Assembly: GCF_036971445.1 (NCBI RefSeq)
Contig: NC_091469.1
Coordinates: 416,578,001-416,642,000 of the forward strand
Source: Narcine bancroftii
Lineage: Eukaryota
DNA: 64,000 nucleotides
Direction of reading: 5' to 3'
The notes beneath the pieces were generated by a model that saw only the letters and a list, made by a program, of their open reading frames with translations, ran no database searches and was not told the origin of the DNA. Shown here one piece after another: positions 39,560 through 50,873 of the stretch (positions are counted from its first letter, which is position 1; the number at the start of each line of letters is the position of its first letter). The position numbers and the translations under genes are program-made.

Positions 39560-40790
39560 TCATCAATCTCACAGCATGTGGGAAGAAGCCATATCCCAGG
39601 CTGGCAGGCCTTAGTTTGATGCTCTTGTACCTCTTTCTTGATCAAAAATGCTGGATGGAAAGGATCCTCTATAATTCCTGGTAAATGTTGTCAATAGAGG
39701 AAAGGGAGACCTCAGTGATCTTGTTCAGCATTTTGATGATCCTCTCAATTGACTTCTGATCTAATGTTTTGGAGCTACCACACCACATAATGATGCAGCC
39801 ACATGGACACTCTCAATTGTGGTCCTGTAAAATGGTATCAAGATGGGAGTCAGTAGCCTTGCCTTCTTCAACATTCTTAGAATATGTAGGTGCTTCTGCA
39901 CCTTCCTGAGAAATGAAAAGGTGATGTGGGTCCAGGATAGGTGATCCTCTAAATGCACACCAAGGAACTTTATTCTCATCATTCTTTCTATAATGGAACC
40001 ATTGATGTATAATGGAGAGACTTTTGTCCTCCTTTAGCCAACAATCTACTTTGTTCTGTTCACATTGGGACTCAAGTAGTTGTTCTTGCACCATTTTATG
40101 AACCACCCAACTACCTTTATACAAGCTTTATGCTGATGAGGCCAACTACTGTTGTATCATCCAGAATCTGGATGATTCTGTAGAACTGGATCTGGCAGTG
40201 CAGTTGTGGAACAGTAGTGGGCTGAGCACACAGCCCTGAAGTATGCCAACGTGATTGGATGAGATTTTGCTACTACCCAGAACTGACTGCGGTCTTTCTG
40301 TCAAGAAGTCCAGAATCCAGTTGCAGAGAGGAGTGTTGAGTGCCAGCGAGGACAGTTTATGCACTAGCCTTTGAGGAATGGTGGCGTTGAACAATGAGGT
40401 AAAGTCATTATACAAAGCCTGGTATATGAGGATCATTCTTCAGGTGGTCAGGACAGGGTGGAGGGCCTAGGCTATTGAATCATCTGTGGATTGGTTTGGA
40501 TAGCAGGCAAACTGGAATAAGTCCAATGCCGCTAGAAGGTGCGATTTGATGTGTTCCTGTACCTTACTAGTTTATCAAAAAGCTTCATGATCCTCAATAC
40601 CTCTGAGGGGTAGTCATTTAGTTCAGTTACCATCAATTTCTTAGGAACCAGGATGATGGGGTAGCTGCCTTGAAACCTGTGGAGACAGTGAATGGGTGCA
40701 ATGAGATGTTGACGATGTCTATTAGGATCTTCGTCAGCTGGACCGCACAATCCTTCAGCACCTGTCCAGGTATATTTCAGTGGGTACAAG
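39560..40790 (-). mobile_element. Rex1/Babar-like LINE RT remnant
   Basis: [39 protein letters not shown]. Confidence 0.75.
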
Positions 40791-41228
40791 GTTTCAAAAT
40801 AAAAGGGACAACTATTGCTAAAATTGTCTTGATCTTGAAAAATGGAGCTCAATATATGCACAGAGCTCACCTGGAAGTACATATTTGTATTCAAATATAG
40901 TTGCTTTGACAAATGTTGAGTTATCCCAAATAAAAGAAATGTCACAGATCCCTCTCCTCAAAGATGCAATAGGTCAGGAAGGTGGCTTTTCTCTCCCTTC
41001 AATTAAAATGAGGGTAATCTGTGAATACTTCATCCTATCAATGTTCAGCACCACAAGTAAATCTGGATGGAGAGTGGACCCTTGGTGATGCATGAGTTTC
41101 CCTCTGTTGCAGATCATCTACAACCAAGCAAATCAATGTGCAGTTACTAGTTTATTCCATAAAGACCAAATCTGCATAAATTTTGGGAGTTTCATCAAAG
41201 TAATAAAATAAAGAACAGATAAGGTTTC

Positions 41229-41701
41229 TGTGAGAAGCAGAGGTGCCTTCACAGATTTCACTCGAGACAAAAATTGAGAACATTTATTTTACAACATTGC
41301 AAAGTTGGGTGCTTCCCCTTACCCTGGGGATACACACAAGATACTGGGGCTTACTCAACTTTTTATACATTCCATTTCAGTACAGAAGTACCTTCCCCCT
41401 TAACATTCTTCTGCCTCCTGGATTGGTTTAGCATTGGTAATTCTGCCTATGTCTTCTAACTTATCAGTGCCTTTCTGCAAACTTGTTTACCAGGAAGTGT
41501 CATGTCTTTGTTCTTATTCATTAATCAACCCCCAGGACTTGCTAAATCTATCTACTTGCTATCCTGTTTTTTGAAGATCCCTATTCTATTATACTTGCTT
41601 AACCCTTCCTCACACATTCCATTCCTTCACCTTATTTAACCCATCATAATTCATTCCTAATTAGCACTTGCTTGACTCCTCATATTCCATTATCCCTTAC
41701 A
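41229..41701 (-). repeat. ERV 3' LTR (473 bp)
   Basis: Homologous to 44729-45160 plus 46252-46310; preceded on the minus strand by PPT AAAGAAAAAGGGTGGAT (41718-41702). Confidence 0.95.
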
Positions 41702-41823
41702 ATCCACCCTTTTTCTTTAGCTACGCTTAGTAAACCCTCATTCGGGCAGTATTCTTTTAAGTTTGGTCTTTTTCCCACCGAGTGAGTAAACGAACTGCGG
41801 CCTCAACATCATCAAACGGAGTT

Positions 41824-41919
41824 TAGGAAGCATACATCATTTGGGTTGCAGTGACCTGGCGAAGGGCCCGTTGAATTAAACACTGCACACAAGGCATTAA
41901 GCAGGGAATTATTATAAGG
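41824..41919 (-). pseudogene. env: ERV env C-terminal remnant
   Basis: LIIIPCLMPCVQCLIQRALRQVTATQMMYAS* just upstream of the PPT, resembling a class I TM end and cytoplasmic tail. Confidence 0.6.
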
Positions 41920-41920
41920 G

Positions 41921-42178
41921 CTACACAAAAGAGTCTGGAAAAACAACCAACTGAAAAACCTCACAAAGATAAGCGTATACAGAGCCGTTGTCATACCCAC
42001 ACTCCTGTTCGGCTCCGAATCATGGGTCCTCTACTGGCATCACCTACGGCTCCTAGAACGCTTCCACCAGCGTTGTCTCCGCTCCATCCTCAACATCCAT
42101 CGGAGCGCTTTCATCCCTAACGTCGAAGTACTCGAGATGGCAGAGGTCGACAGCATCGAGTCCACGCTGCTGAAGATC
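41921..42178 (+). mobile_element. Internal RTE fragment bridging the ERV deletion
   Basis: Near-identical to the reverse complement of 22157-22414; no tail and no TSD. Confidence 0.9.
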
Positions 42179-42917
42179 AATTACACTGAACCATTTACTA
42201 TGAGGGTCAATCTTACCCATCAACGTATAAGGGTTAGATACAACTGGATAACGGGTGAGAATAATTTTGTTTAACTCTCTCAAATCCTGTACTAATCGGT
42301 ATGTGCCGTCTGGATTTTGGACAGGTAGAATTGGAGTATTAAAGGGTGACATGCAGGGTTCGAGTATACCGTCTTTCACCAATTGGTCAATTACTGGCTG
42401 CAGCCCCTTTCGGCCAGCCATAGGAGTCGGATACTGTTTTCGGGGTTCCTTTAGAGTAACTTGCAGGGGAGGAACATCTAACCCTCCTCTATTGCCTATT
42501 TTCGCCCATACCCTAGGATTTATTAGTCCCCGATCCTCCTCCATCAGCACGTAAAATTGAACCCCAATACCTGATCCCTATGGTCTGGTACCGATAGCCA
42601 ATTGGTCCTGTAAATCACGTCCCAACAAGCAAACCCCAGCTTGGGGAACTAGTAAAATATCCTCTGTTACGATTTTTCCTCCCATTTGTATCTTTATATT
42701 CTTTAATTTAAGGACCGCAAAATCTCTCCCCCCACAGCCCCGAAATTATTACCGTCCCTTCTGTAGTAACACCTTCAGGCCATCGTAAAATACTAGACCG
42801 GGCTGCCCCGGAGTCTACTAGGAAAGTCATTTTGTCACTGTGGGGTCCTACACTTAAATTTACCAATGGTTCTCCGTGCAGCCCTACGGTATGCATTGGC
42901 TGAGAACCATGATCCCC
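42173..42917 (-). pseudogene. pol: ERV pro and RT N-terminus
   Basis: FLVDSGAARS protease site; QYP, SPFNTPILPV, YRLVQDLRELN, WFSVIDL. Confidence 0.92.
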
Positions 42918-44495
42918 CTATTCATAATCTGCCTCCATCAATGCATAAGATCGCGTCACCCTGGCCCGCATCGGGCATTCCCTCTTAAAGTGTCCCTCCT
43001 TTTCACAATAATAGCTAACTAATGCTCCTGTCTCCCAATTTCTGCCAGGTTCTCCACGGGGTCCCAGGAACAATCGCCATCTCCAGAATCCTCCTCTACC
43101 CCTACCTCTGCCCTGGTCTCTACTTCCCCACTCCCGGCGCTCCTCCCAACATCCAGGAGCCGACACACGGTTCCTAACACTTCCTTGCTTTCCATCCACA
43201 ACTTCCTTTACTGCCTGCATCAAAATCTTAGCCTTTCCTTTCTATTTTTCTTCAGACCTCTGGACGTATGCCCTTTGTGCGATCTGCAAAAGCTGTGATA
43301 GTCCCTGTTCATACCAATTCTCCGTCTTTTGTAATTTCTTCCTGATATCTGGACCTGAATTAGTAACAAGTCAATACCAACTGTTCACCTGCTGGGGATT
43401 CTATATCCAACCCCCTATATTGCTGTACGGGTGCACGTAATCTAGTCAGAAATGCAGAGGGGGTCTCCTCGGGACCTTGGGGAACCTCAAATGCCTTCTT
43501 AAGGTTCTGTCCTTTTGGAACAGACTCCTTCATTCCTTTTATTAGATTAACCCAGTACTCATCCATTCGCGTGCGACCATCATTAGTAGTCTTATCCCAA
43601 TTTGGGTTTACCAGGGGAAATTTAGCTTTTCCAGGTATCGCCCCTGGCCCCCCCCCCCCGGTGTTCCCTACCCCAGACTCTGATCCCTGCCTGGCAGATC
43701 ATTCCACGCTCATCCAAAGTAAATAGAGCCTTAAATATAGACATTAATTCATCCCAGGTATATATATTAGACCCCAAAAATTGATCTAATTGTTCTGCAC
43801 ATCCCTGAGGGTCTTCTACCAGAGAGGTCATTTCCTTTTTAAAATTGGGCACCTCAGTACTAGTCAAAGGCACATTTACAAATCTGAGACCCCCTCCCAA
43901 GGGAACCTCCCGTAAAGGTCTCATCCAGTTAGTTTCTAGCTTAACTCCTCCCTCTCGTGTCAATTGAGGTGGTAATCTTGCACTCTGTGAGCGAGTCCTC
44001 ATACCACTCCTACTTTCTCCTTTCTTTAACTGTGGAGGAAGAGGGGAAGGTAAAGAAGGGTAAAACATAGGGGAAAAGGGGAATGGGAGCCAGCACAGGG
44101 GAAACATAAGGTGGAGGAAGGGAATGTAACACATCCCATCCCTTTATTTCAGGGGCAGAAGGTTCCTCATCCTTCTTGTTTCTAAGTTTCTTCTCATCTA
44201 AAATCATCTGATTGGACGATCCACTAAGCCAACAGGCTGCATATTCCTTACTCTCGGTATTGTCTCCTTGATTTTGGTAGAACCAGATGTTCAATGCCTG
44301 ACACATCCAGTCCTCGTCGGATCTGAACTTTGGCCAATATACCGAACTCCCTTTTATCGGATTCTTAACCCATTCCTGACAACAATACCTGACCATGGTC
44401 TGCTTATCCTTCTCACGGGTTTTCCCGCACCCCAATTGGATTTTATCCTCCCGTCCTTCTTTAGGACTTTTTCCCTTGCTACTTCCTCCTCGCAT
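42918..44495 (-). pseudogene. gag: ERV gag (frameshifted)
   Basis: WPKFRSDEDWMCQALN, PPPY late domain, MHR QGPEETPSAFLTRL, single knuckle YYCEKEGHFKRECP; ends in TAG in frame with pro. Confidence 0.92.
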
Positions 44496-44707
44496 ATTGG
44501 CAGGAAAATAAAATTCCTCTTACCAGAATCTAGTAGCTATTCCTAGCGCGCTTCCTTATCGTCCTCCCGTCGTTTGTTCTCAATGCCTCTTCTTGGATAT
44601 CACTCGTTTCGTCCACTGACCAGCTACCTGTCATCTGGGAGTCCAGCTGAATCAGCCGGGGTGCATCTACCCCCATCGTCAGGTGCTCTGTGAGTGGAGG
44701 GAGTGCG

Positions 44708-44725
44708 ATCCTGGACAAGTCCCCA
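44708..44725 (-). promoter_or_regulatory. Primer-binding site, tRNA-Pro type
   Basis: TGGGGACTTGTCCAGGAT, 15/18 match to TGGGGGCTCGTCCGGGAT, 3 nt from the LTR. Confidence 0.85.
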
Positions 44726-45160
44726 AGTTGTGAGAAGCAGAGATGCCTTCACAGATTTCACTCATGACAAAAATTGAGAACAAAGAACATTTATTTTACA
44801 ACAATGCAAAGTTGGGTGCTTCCCCTTACCCTGGGAATACACACAGATACTGGGCCTTACCCAACTTTTTATACATTCCATTTCAGTACAGAAGTACCTT
44901 CCCCCTTAACTTTCTTCTGCCTCCCTGATTGGTTTAGCATCAGGTAATTCTGCCAACGTGTCTTCTAACTTCTTATCAGTTTATGTGCCTTTCTGCAAAC
45001 TTTTTACCAGGAAGTGTCATGTCTTTGTTCTTATTCATTAATCAACCCCCAGGACTTGCTAAATCTATCTACTTGCTTATCCTGTTTCCCCTTTTCTATT
45101 ATACTTGCTTAACCCTTCCTCACATTCCAATTCTTACTTCACCCTTATTTAATCCATCAT

Positions 45161-46253
45161 CTTTCTCTTTGGCTTGGCTTCGCGGACGAAGATTTATGGA
45201 GGGGTAAATGTCCACATCAGCTGCAGGCTCGTTTGTGGCTGACAAGTCCGATGCGGGACAGGCAGACACGGTTGCAGCAGTTGCAAGGGAAAATTGGTTG
45301 GTTGGGTTTGGGTGTTGGGTTTTTCCTCCTTTGTCTTTTGTCAGTGAGGTGGGCTCTGTGGTCTTCTTCCAAGGAGGTTGCTGCCCACCGAACTATGAGG
45401 TGCCAAGATGCACAGTTTGAGGCGATATCAGCCCACTGGAGGTGGTCAATGTGGCAGGCACCAAGAGATTTCTTTAGGCAGTCCTTCTACCTCTTCTTTG
45501 GTGCACCTCTGTCTTGGTGGCCAGTGGAGAGCTTGCCATATAACACGATCTTGGAAAGGCGATGGTCCTCCATTCTGGAGACGTGACCTACCCAGCGCAG
45601 TTGGATCTTCAGCAGCGTGATTCGATGCTGTTGGCCTCTGCCATCTCGAGTACTTCGATGTTAGGGATGAAGTCGCTCCAATGAATGTTGAGGATGGAGC
45701 GGAGACAACACTGGTGGAAGCGTTCTAGGAGCCGTAGGTGATGCCGGTAGAGGAACCATGATTCAGAGCTGAACAGGAGTGTGAGTATGACAACGGCTCT
45801 GTATATGCTAATCTTTGTGAGGTTTTTCAGTTGGTTGTTTTTCCAGACTCTTTTGTGTAGTCTTCCAAAGGCGCTATTTGCCTTGGCGAGTCTGTTGTCT
45901 ATCTCGTTGTCGATCCTTGCATCCGATGAAATGGTGCAGCCTATCTCGTTGTCGATCCTTGCATCCGATGAAATGGTGCAGCCGAGATAGGTAAACTGCT
46001 TGACCGTTTTGAGTTTTGTGTGCCTGATGGAGATGTGGGGGGGCTGGTGGTCATGGTGGGGAGCTGGCTGATGGAGGACCTCAGTTTTCTTCAGGCTGAC
46101 TTCCAGGCCAAACATTTTGGCAGTTTCCGCAAAATAGGATGTCAAGCGCTGAAGATCTGGCTCTGAATGGGCAACTAAAGTGGCATCATCTGCAAAGAGT
46201 AGTTCACGGACAAGTTGCTCGTGTCTTGGTGTGAGCTTGCAGGCGCCTCAGAT
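45161..46253 (-). mobile_element. 5'-truncated RTE inserted in the ERV 5' LTR
   Basis: TSD ATCAT (45156-45160 / 46252-46256); internal 42-bp tandem duplication 45899-45982. Confidence 0.95.
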
Positions 46254-46710
46254 CATAATTCATTCATAATTAGCACTTGCTTGACTCCTCATATTCCATT
46301 ATCCCTTACAGTTCCAATCCTTAAAAGTGCTGTAATCTCCTTGACGTTAAGTGACCTTACTTGAATGTTCTTGTGATTTTGTTTAACATGGCCTCTTCCT
46401 CTTCTTTCTCTCACTGTTTTTTCCTTTTCCTACTAATTCTCCTCCTGCCACTTTTCCTATTCTCCTCAGGAGCAAGTGATGGACCTTTAAAATTGCCACT
46501 TCGTGGAGACCGTGTCAAGTAACAATGAACTGTAGCAACCATCATGTATTATATGTGAGAGAAGCCTCCAGTTGTGACATCCTCCTTACTGGTGTTTGGC
46601 TTCATGGCGTTCTTGGAGGCAATAGAGATCTTGTTTATTGAGCATTGTTTGCTAATACAGGGCTAAGGTTGGTGATTAGTTTAAATATCTTGACTTTTTT
46701 GGTATCCTTC

Positions 46711-47401
46711 TGTAATGGAGGATTTAGACCAGCTTATGCAATAGGGATGCAGTTGCCTCAGAAGACATAATCTAAATTCCACCATGAGGCCCAGGATGCA
46801 TATTTAGTACACACATCTAAATTCCTCCATGGGGCCCAGGATACAGTTGAATAGGAAGACATTATTTAAATTTACACTATGGGGCCCAGGGATGCATATG
46901 AATCAGTAGACATTATCAATCTTCCACCATGAGGCCAAGAGATCTTTTGTTGGTTGCAGACTGTCAGGAGACCTTGAAGATAATTAAATCATTTGTTCAA
47001 AGAGATAAGATCTGAAGTAAACAACTTTTAATATAAGCCATGGTCCCACTGCTAAAGTTTGAGACTCTCCAAGAGGTGGCAACATCTCTCAGCAAGAAGA
47101 ACTTCAAGATTCCAAACCAACGTCCCGGTCCGGGGAGGTGGAGAAGCTGCTACTGGCGCCCAGACAACCTACTACAAGTGTGCAGTCGTCACCTCGCTTT
47201 GGCAGTTGGGACTAGTGCAGGCATTGATAAGTATAATTGGGAAGGGCTTGCATGTTGTAGTGTGAATTCAGCTTTAGATTTAGTAATAAAGACTTGTATA
47301 AACTGAACTGCTCTCGGTGTGTGTCTATTTTTTTTCGGTAGCTCGAATACTGTGACCAATCTAAAACGAACAAAGTGAGAGGTACAAGTTTACCCAAGAC
47401 A
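46711..47401 (+). mobile_element. Solo LTR with U3 tandem repeats
   Basis: TG...CA; near-TSD CCTTC/CCTTA; TATAA ~47032; AATAAA ~47285; four ~45-bp CCATGRGGCCCAGGAT repeats at 46770-46940. Confidence 0.75.
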
Positions 47402-47711
47402 CCTTACTTAGGTCTCATCCTTCAGATTAAATCTGTTAGCACGGGGAAATATTCACAGATGGCTCCTCCTTGAGTCTCAAGGATTTCCCATTAATATTTC
47501 CAGAGCATGATTACAGATCGGTTGAATAGTGAGGGAACAAAAGCCCTTGTTTTTCCTGAATATCTTTGAGTTTAATTTAACAGTCTCAACTTAATATGAT
47601 TGCAGTTGATGGCTCGTACACTATTTGGAAACCTACAGTCTTTGACAGTGCCTGCTCTGCCAGCTGCTCCCCACTCAAGGTTGTGAATTTGGCTACCCTT
47701 GAATATAGTTT

Positions 47712-50700
47712 ATAGAATCATAGAATGCTACAGCACAGAAAACAGGTCATTCAACCCCTCTAGTCTGTGCCGACCATCATCTCCCTTGTTCCATTGACCT
47801 GCTCCCATTCCAAAACCTTCCAGGCCTTTCCAATCCATGTACCTATCCAATTTATTATTAAAACACATGATCGAACCCACATTCACCACATCATGTGGCA
47901 GCTAATTCTACACTCCCACCATTCTCTGAGTGAAGATCTTCTCCCTAATGTTCCCCCAAACCTTCCCCCTTCAGTTTAAAACTATGACCTCTTGAATTTA
48001 CCTTCCCCAATCTAAGTGGAAAAAGCCTACTTGCCATCCACTCTGTCTATACCTCTCATAATCTTGTAAACCTACATCAAATCTCTCTTCTTCATTCCAA
48101 GGAATGTTTAATCTTTCCCTGTAACTCAACTCCTGAAGATCCAGCAACATCCTAGTAAATCTTCTCCACACTCTTTCAATCTTATTGACATCCTTCCTGT
48201 AGTTAGGTGACCAGAACTGCACACAATATTCCAAATTTGGCCTCACCAATGTCTTAAACAACTTCAACATAACATCCCAACTCCTATACTCAAAACTTTG
48301 ATTTATAAAGGCTAAGATATCAAAACCTTTCTTTACAACCCTGTCCACCTGCAACACCTCCTTCAGGGAACAATGAATCTGTATTCCCAAATCTCCTCCA
48401 CACTCCTCAGTTCCCTATCATTTACTATATAACTCCTATTTTTGTTTTCTCTTCCAAACTGCATCACCTCATTCTTGTCTGCATTAAACTCCATCTGCCA
48501 CTTTTGGCCCATTCTCTCAGTTGGTCCAAATGCCTCTGCAAGCTTTGAAAGTCCTCGCAGTCCACAATGCTTCCTATCATTGTGTCATTGGCAAACTTGC
48601 TGATCCAGTTCACCACATTATCATCCAGATCATTGATATATACAACAAACAATAATGGTCCCAACACAGATCCCTGAGGCACACTACTAGTCACAGGTCT
48701 CCAGTCTGAGAAGCAACCATCCACCACTACCACCCTCTGTTTTCTCCCACACAACCAATTTAGAATCCAATTTACAACCTCTCCATGAATACCTAGTTTT
48801 TTAACCTTCTGAACTAACCTCCCATGGGGGACCTTGTTGAAGGCCTTTAGTAAGGCCATATAGACAACATCATGGTGGGTGGGGAGCTGGCTGATGGAGG
48901 ACCTCAGTTTTCTTCAGGCTGACTTCCAGGCCAAACATTTTGGCAGTTTCCGCAAAACAGGACGTCAAGTGCTGAAGAGCTAGCTCTGAATGGGCAACTA
49001 AAGCGGCATCGTCTGCAAAGAGTAGTTCACGGATAAGTTTCTCTTGTGTCTTGGTGTGAGCTTGCAGACGCCTCAGATTGAAGAGACTGCCATCTGTGCG
49101 GTACCGGATGTAAACAGCGTCTTCATTGTTGAGGTCTTTCATGGCTTGGTTCAGCATCATGCTGAAGAAGATTGAAAAGAGGGTTGGTGCGAGAACACAG
49201 CCTTACTTCACGCCATTGTTAATGGAGAAGGGTTCAGAGAGCTCATTGCTGTATCTGACCCGACCTTGTTGGTTTTCATACCCACACTCCTGTTCGGCTC
49301 CGAATCATGGGTCCTCTACCGGCATCACCTACGGCTCATAGAACGCTTCCACCAGCGTTGTCTCCGCTCCATCCTCAACATTCATTGGAGCGCTTTCATC
49401 CCTAACGTCGAAGTACTCGAGATGGTAGAGGTCGACAGCATCGAGTCCACGCTGCTGAAGATCCAGCTGCGCTGGGTGGGTCACGTCTCCAGAATGGAGG
49501 ACCATCGCCTTCCCAAGATTGTGTTATATGGCGAGCTCTCCACTGGCCACTGTGACAGAGGTGCACCAAAGAAAAGGTACAAGGACTGCCTAAAGAAATC
49601 TCTTGGTGGCTGCCACATTGACCACCGCCAGTGGGCTGATATCGCCTCAAACCGTGCATCTTGGCGCCTCACAGTTTGGCGGGCAGCAACCTCCTTTGAA
49701 GAAGACCGCAGAGCCCACCTCACTGATAAAAGGCAAAGGAGGAAAAACCCAACACCCAATCCCAACCAACCAATTTTCCCCTGCAACCGCTGCAACCGTG
49801 TCTGCCTGTCCCGCATCGGACTTGTCAGCCACCAACGAGCCTGCAGCTGACGTGGACATTTTACCCCCTCCATAAATCTTCGTCCGCAAAGCCAAGCCAA
49901 AGATAGACAACATCCACAGCCTTTCCTTCATCCACCTTCTTGGTAAGCACCTCAAAAAAACTCCAAGATTCGTTAAACATGGCTTACCACACACAAAGCC
50001 ATGCTGATTATTATTAATCAGCCCATAACTGTCCAAATACCTATATATCCTATATCTCAGAACTCCTTCCAATAATTTACCCATTACTGAAGTCAGGCTC
50101 ACTTGCCTATAATTACCTGGTTTATTTTTGAAACCCTTTTTAAACAATGGGACAACATGAGCTACCCTCCAATCCCCCTGGTACCTCACCTGTGGCTAAG
50201 GACATTTTGAATATATCAGCCAGGGCTCCTACAATTTCTACACTAGTCTCTCTCAAGGTCCAAGAGAATATCATATCCAGCCCAGATGATTTATCTACCT
50301 TTATTCACTGTAAGGCAGCAAGCACCTCCTCCACCTTAATCTCCATTTGTTCCATGGCTCTTCTGTTTGTTTTTCTTCCTTCCTTATGCACTATGACATA
50401 TTTTCTGAGTTAATAATGATGCAAAAAAAAACTATTTAAGATCTCCCCTATTACTAGAGGCTCCACACATGATCCTTTGATCCTTTAGGGGACCAATTTT
50501 TTTCTTTTACTATCCTTTTAATATACTTTGGGTATATGAAGGTAAGCCCCTCACTATCAATTTAAGTACCAGAGAAACTTCATGTCTTTTTTTTGCCCTC
50601 CTGATTTATTTCTTGAGTTTTTTTTGATTTATCTTGTATTTTTCAAGTACCTCATTTGCTCCTTAATGCCTATACTTGCTGTACATCTCCTTCTTTTTCT

Positions 50701-50873
50701 TAACCAGATTGTCTATATCATTTGAAAACCAGGGTTCCCTGTGCCTAGTAACTTTGCTTTGAATCCTAACAGGAACATGCAAACTCTACACTCTCATTAT
50801 TTCGCCCCTGAAGGCCATCCACTTACTTAACATACGCTTGGCATAAAATGACATATCCAAATCCACTCTTCCT
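47712..50873 (-). mobile_element. CR1 LINE ORF2 and 3' end, interrupted by an RTE
   Basis: SVPQGSVLGPLLF, KFANDT, RPNLEYCVQFWSP; ATTCTAT-type tail. Confidence 0.92.
48872..49902. mobile_element. RTE insertion with 5' inversion
   Basis: 12-bp TSD ATAGACAACATC (48860-48871 / 49903-49914); 48872-49277 in minus orientation, 49276-49902 in plus orientation. Confidence 0.95.

Larger units (their letters stand above)
41229..46310 (-). mobile_element. Class I (gamma/epsilon-like) endogenous retrovirus, two LTRs, internally deleted
   Basis: LTRs 41229-41701 and 44729-46310 (TG...CA); near-TSD TTTC/GTTC; PBS, PPT, gag, pro, RT N-terminus and env tail. Confidence 0.95.

Noticed and set aside
42053-42550. 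Novel fused 165-aa protein
   Set aside because: ERV RT N-terminus reading through into antisense RTE sequence; upstream gag/pro are frameshifted
46770-46940. Repeat-spacer-like array suggesting CRISPR
   Set aside because: Units are degenerate, the spacers resemble each other, the array lies within an LTR, and there are no cas genes in this eukaryotic context
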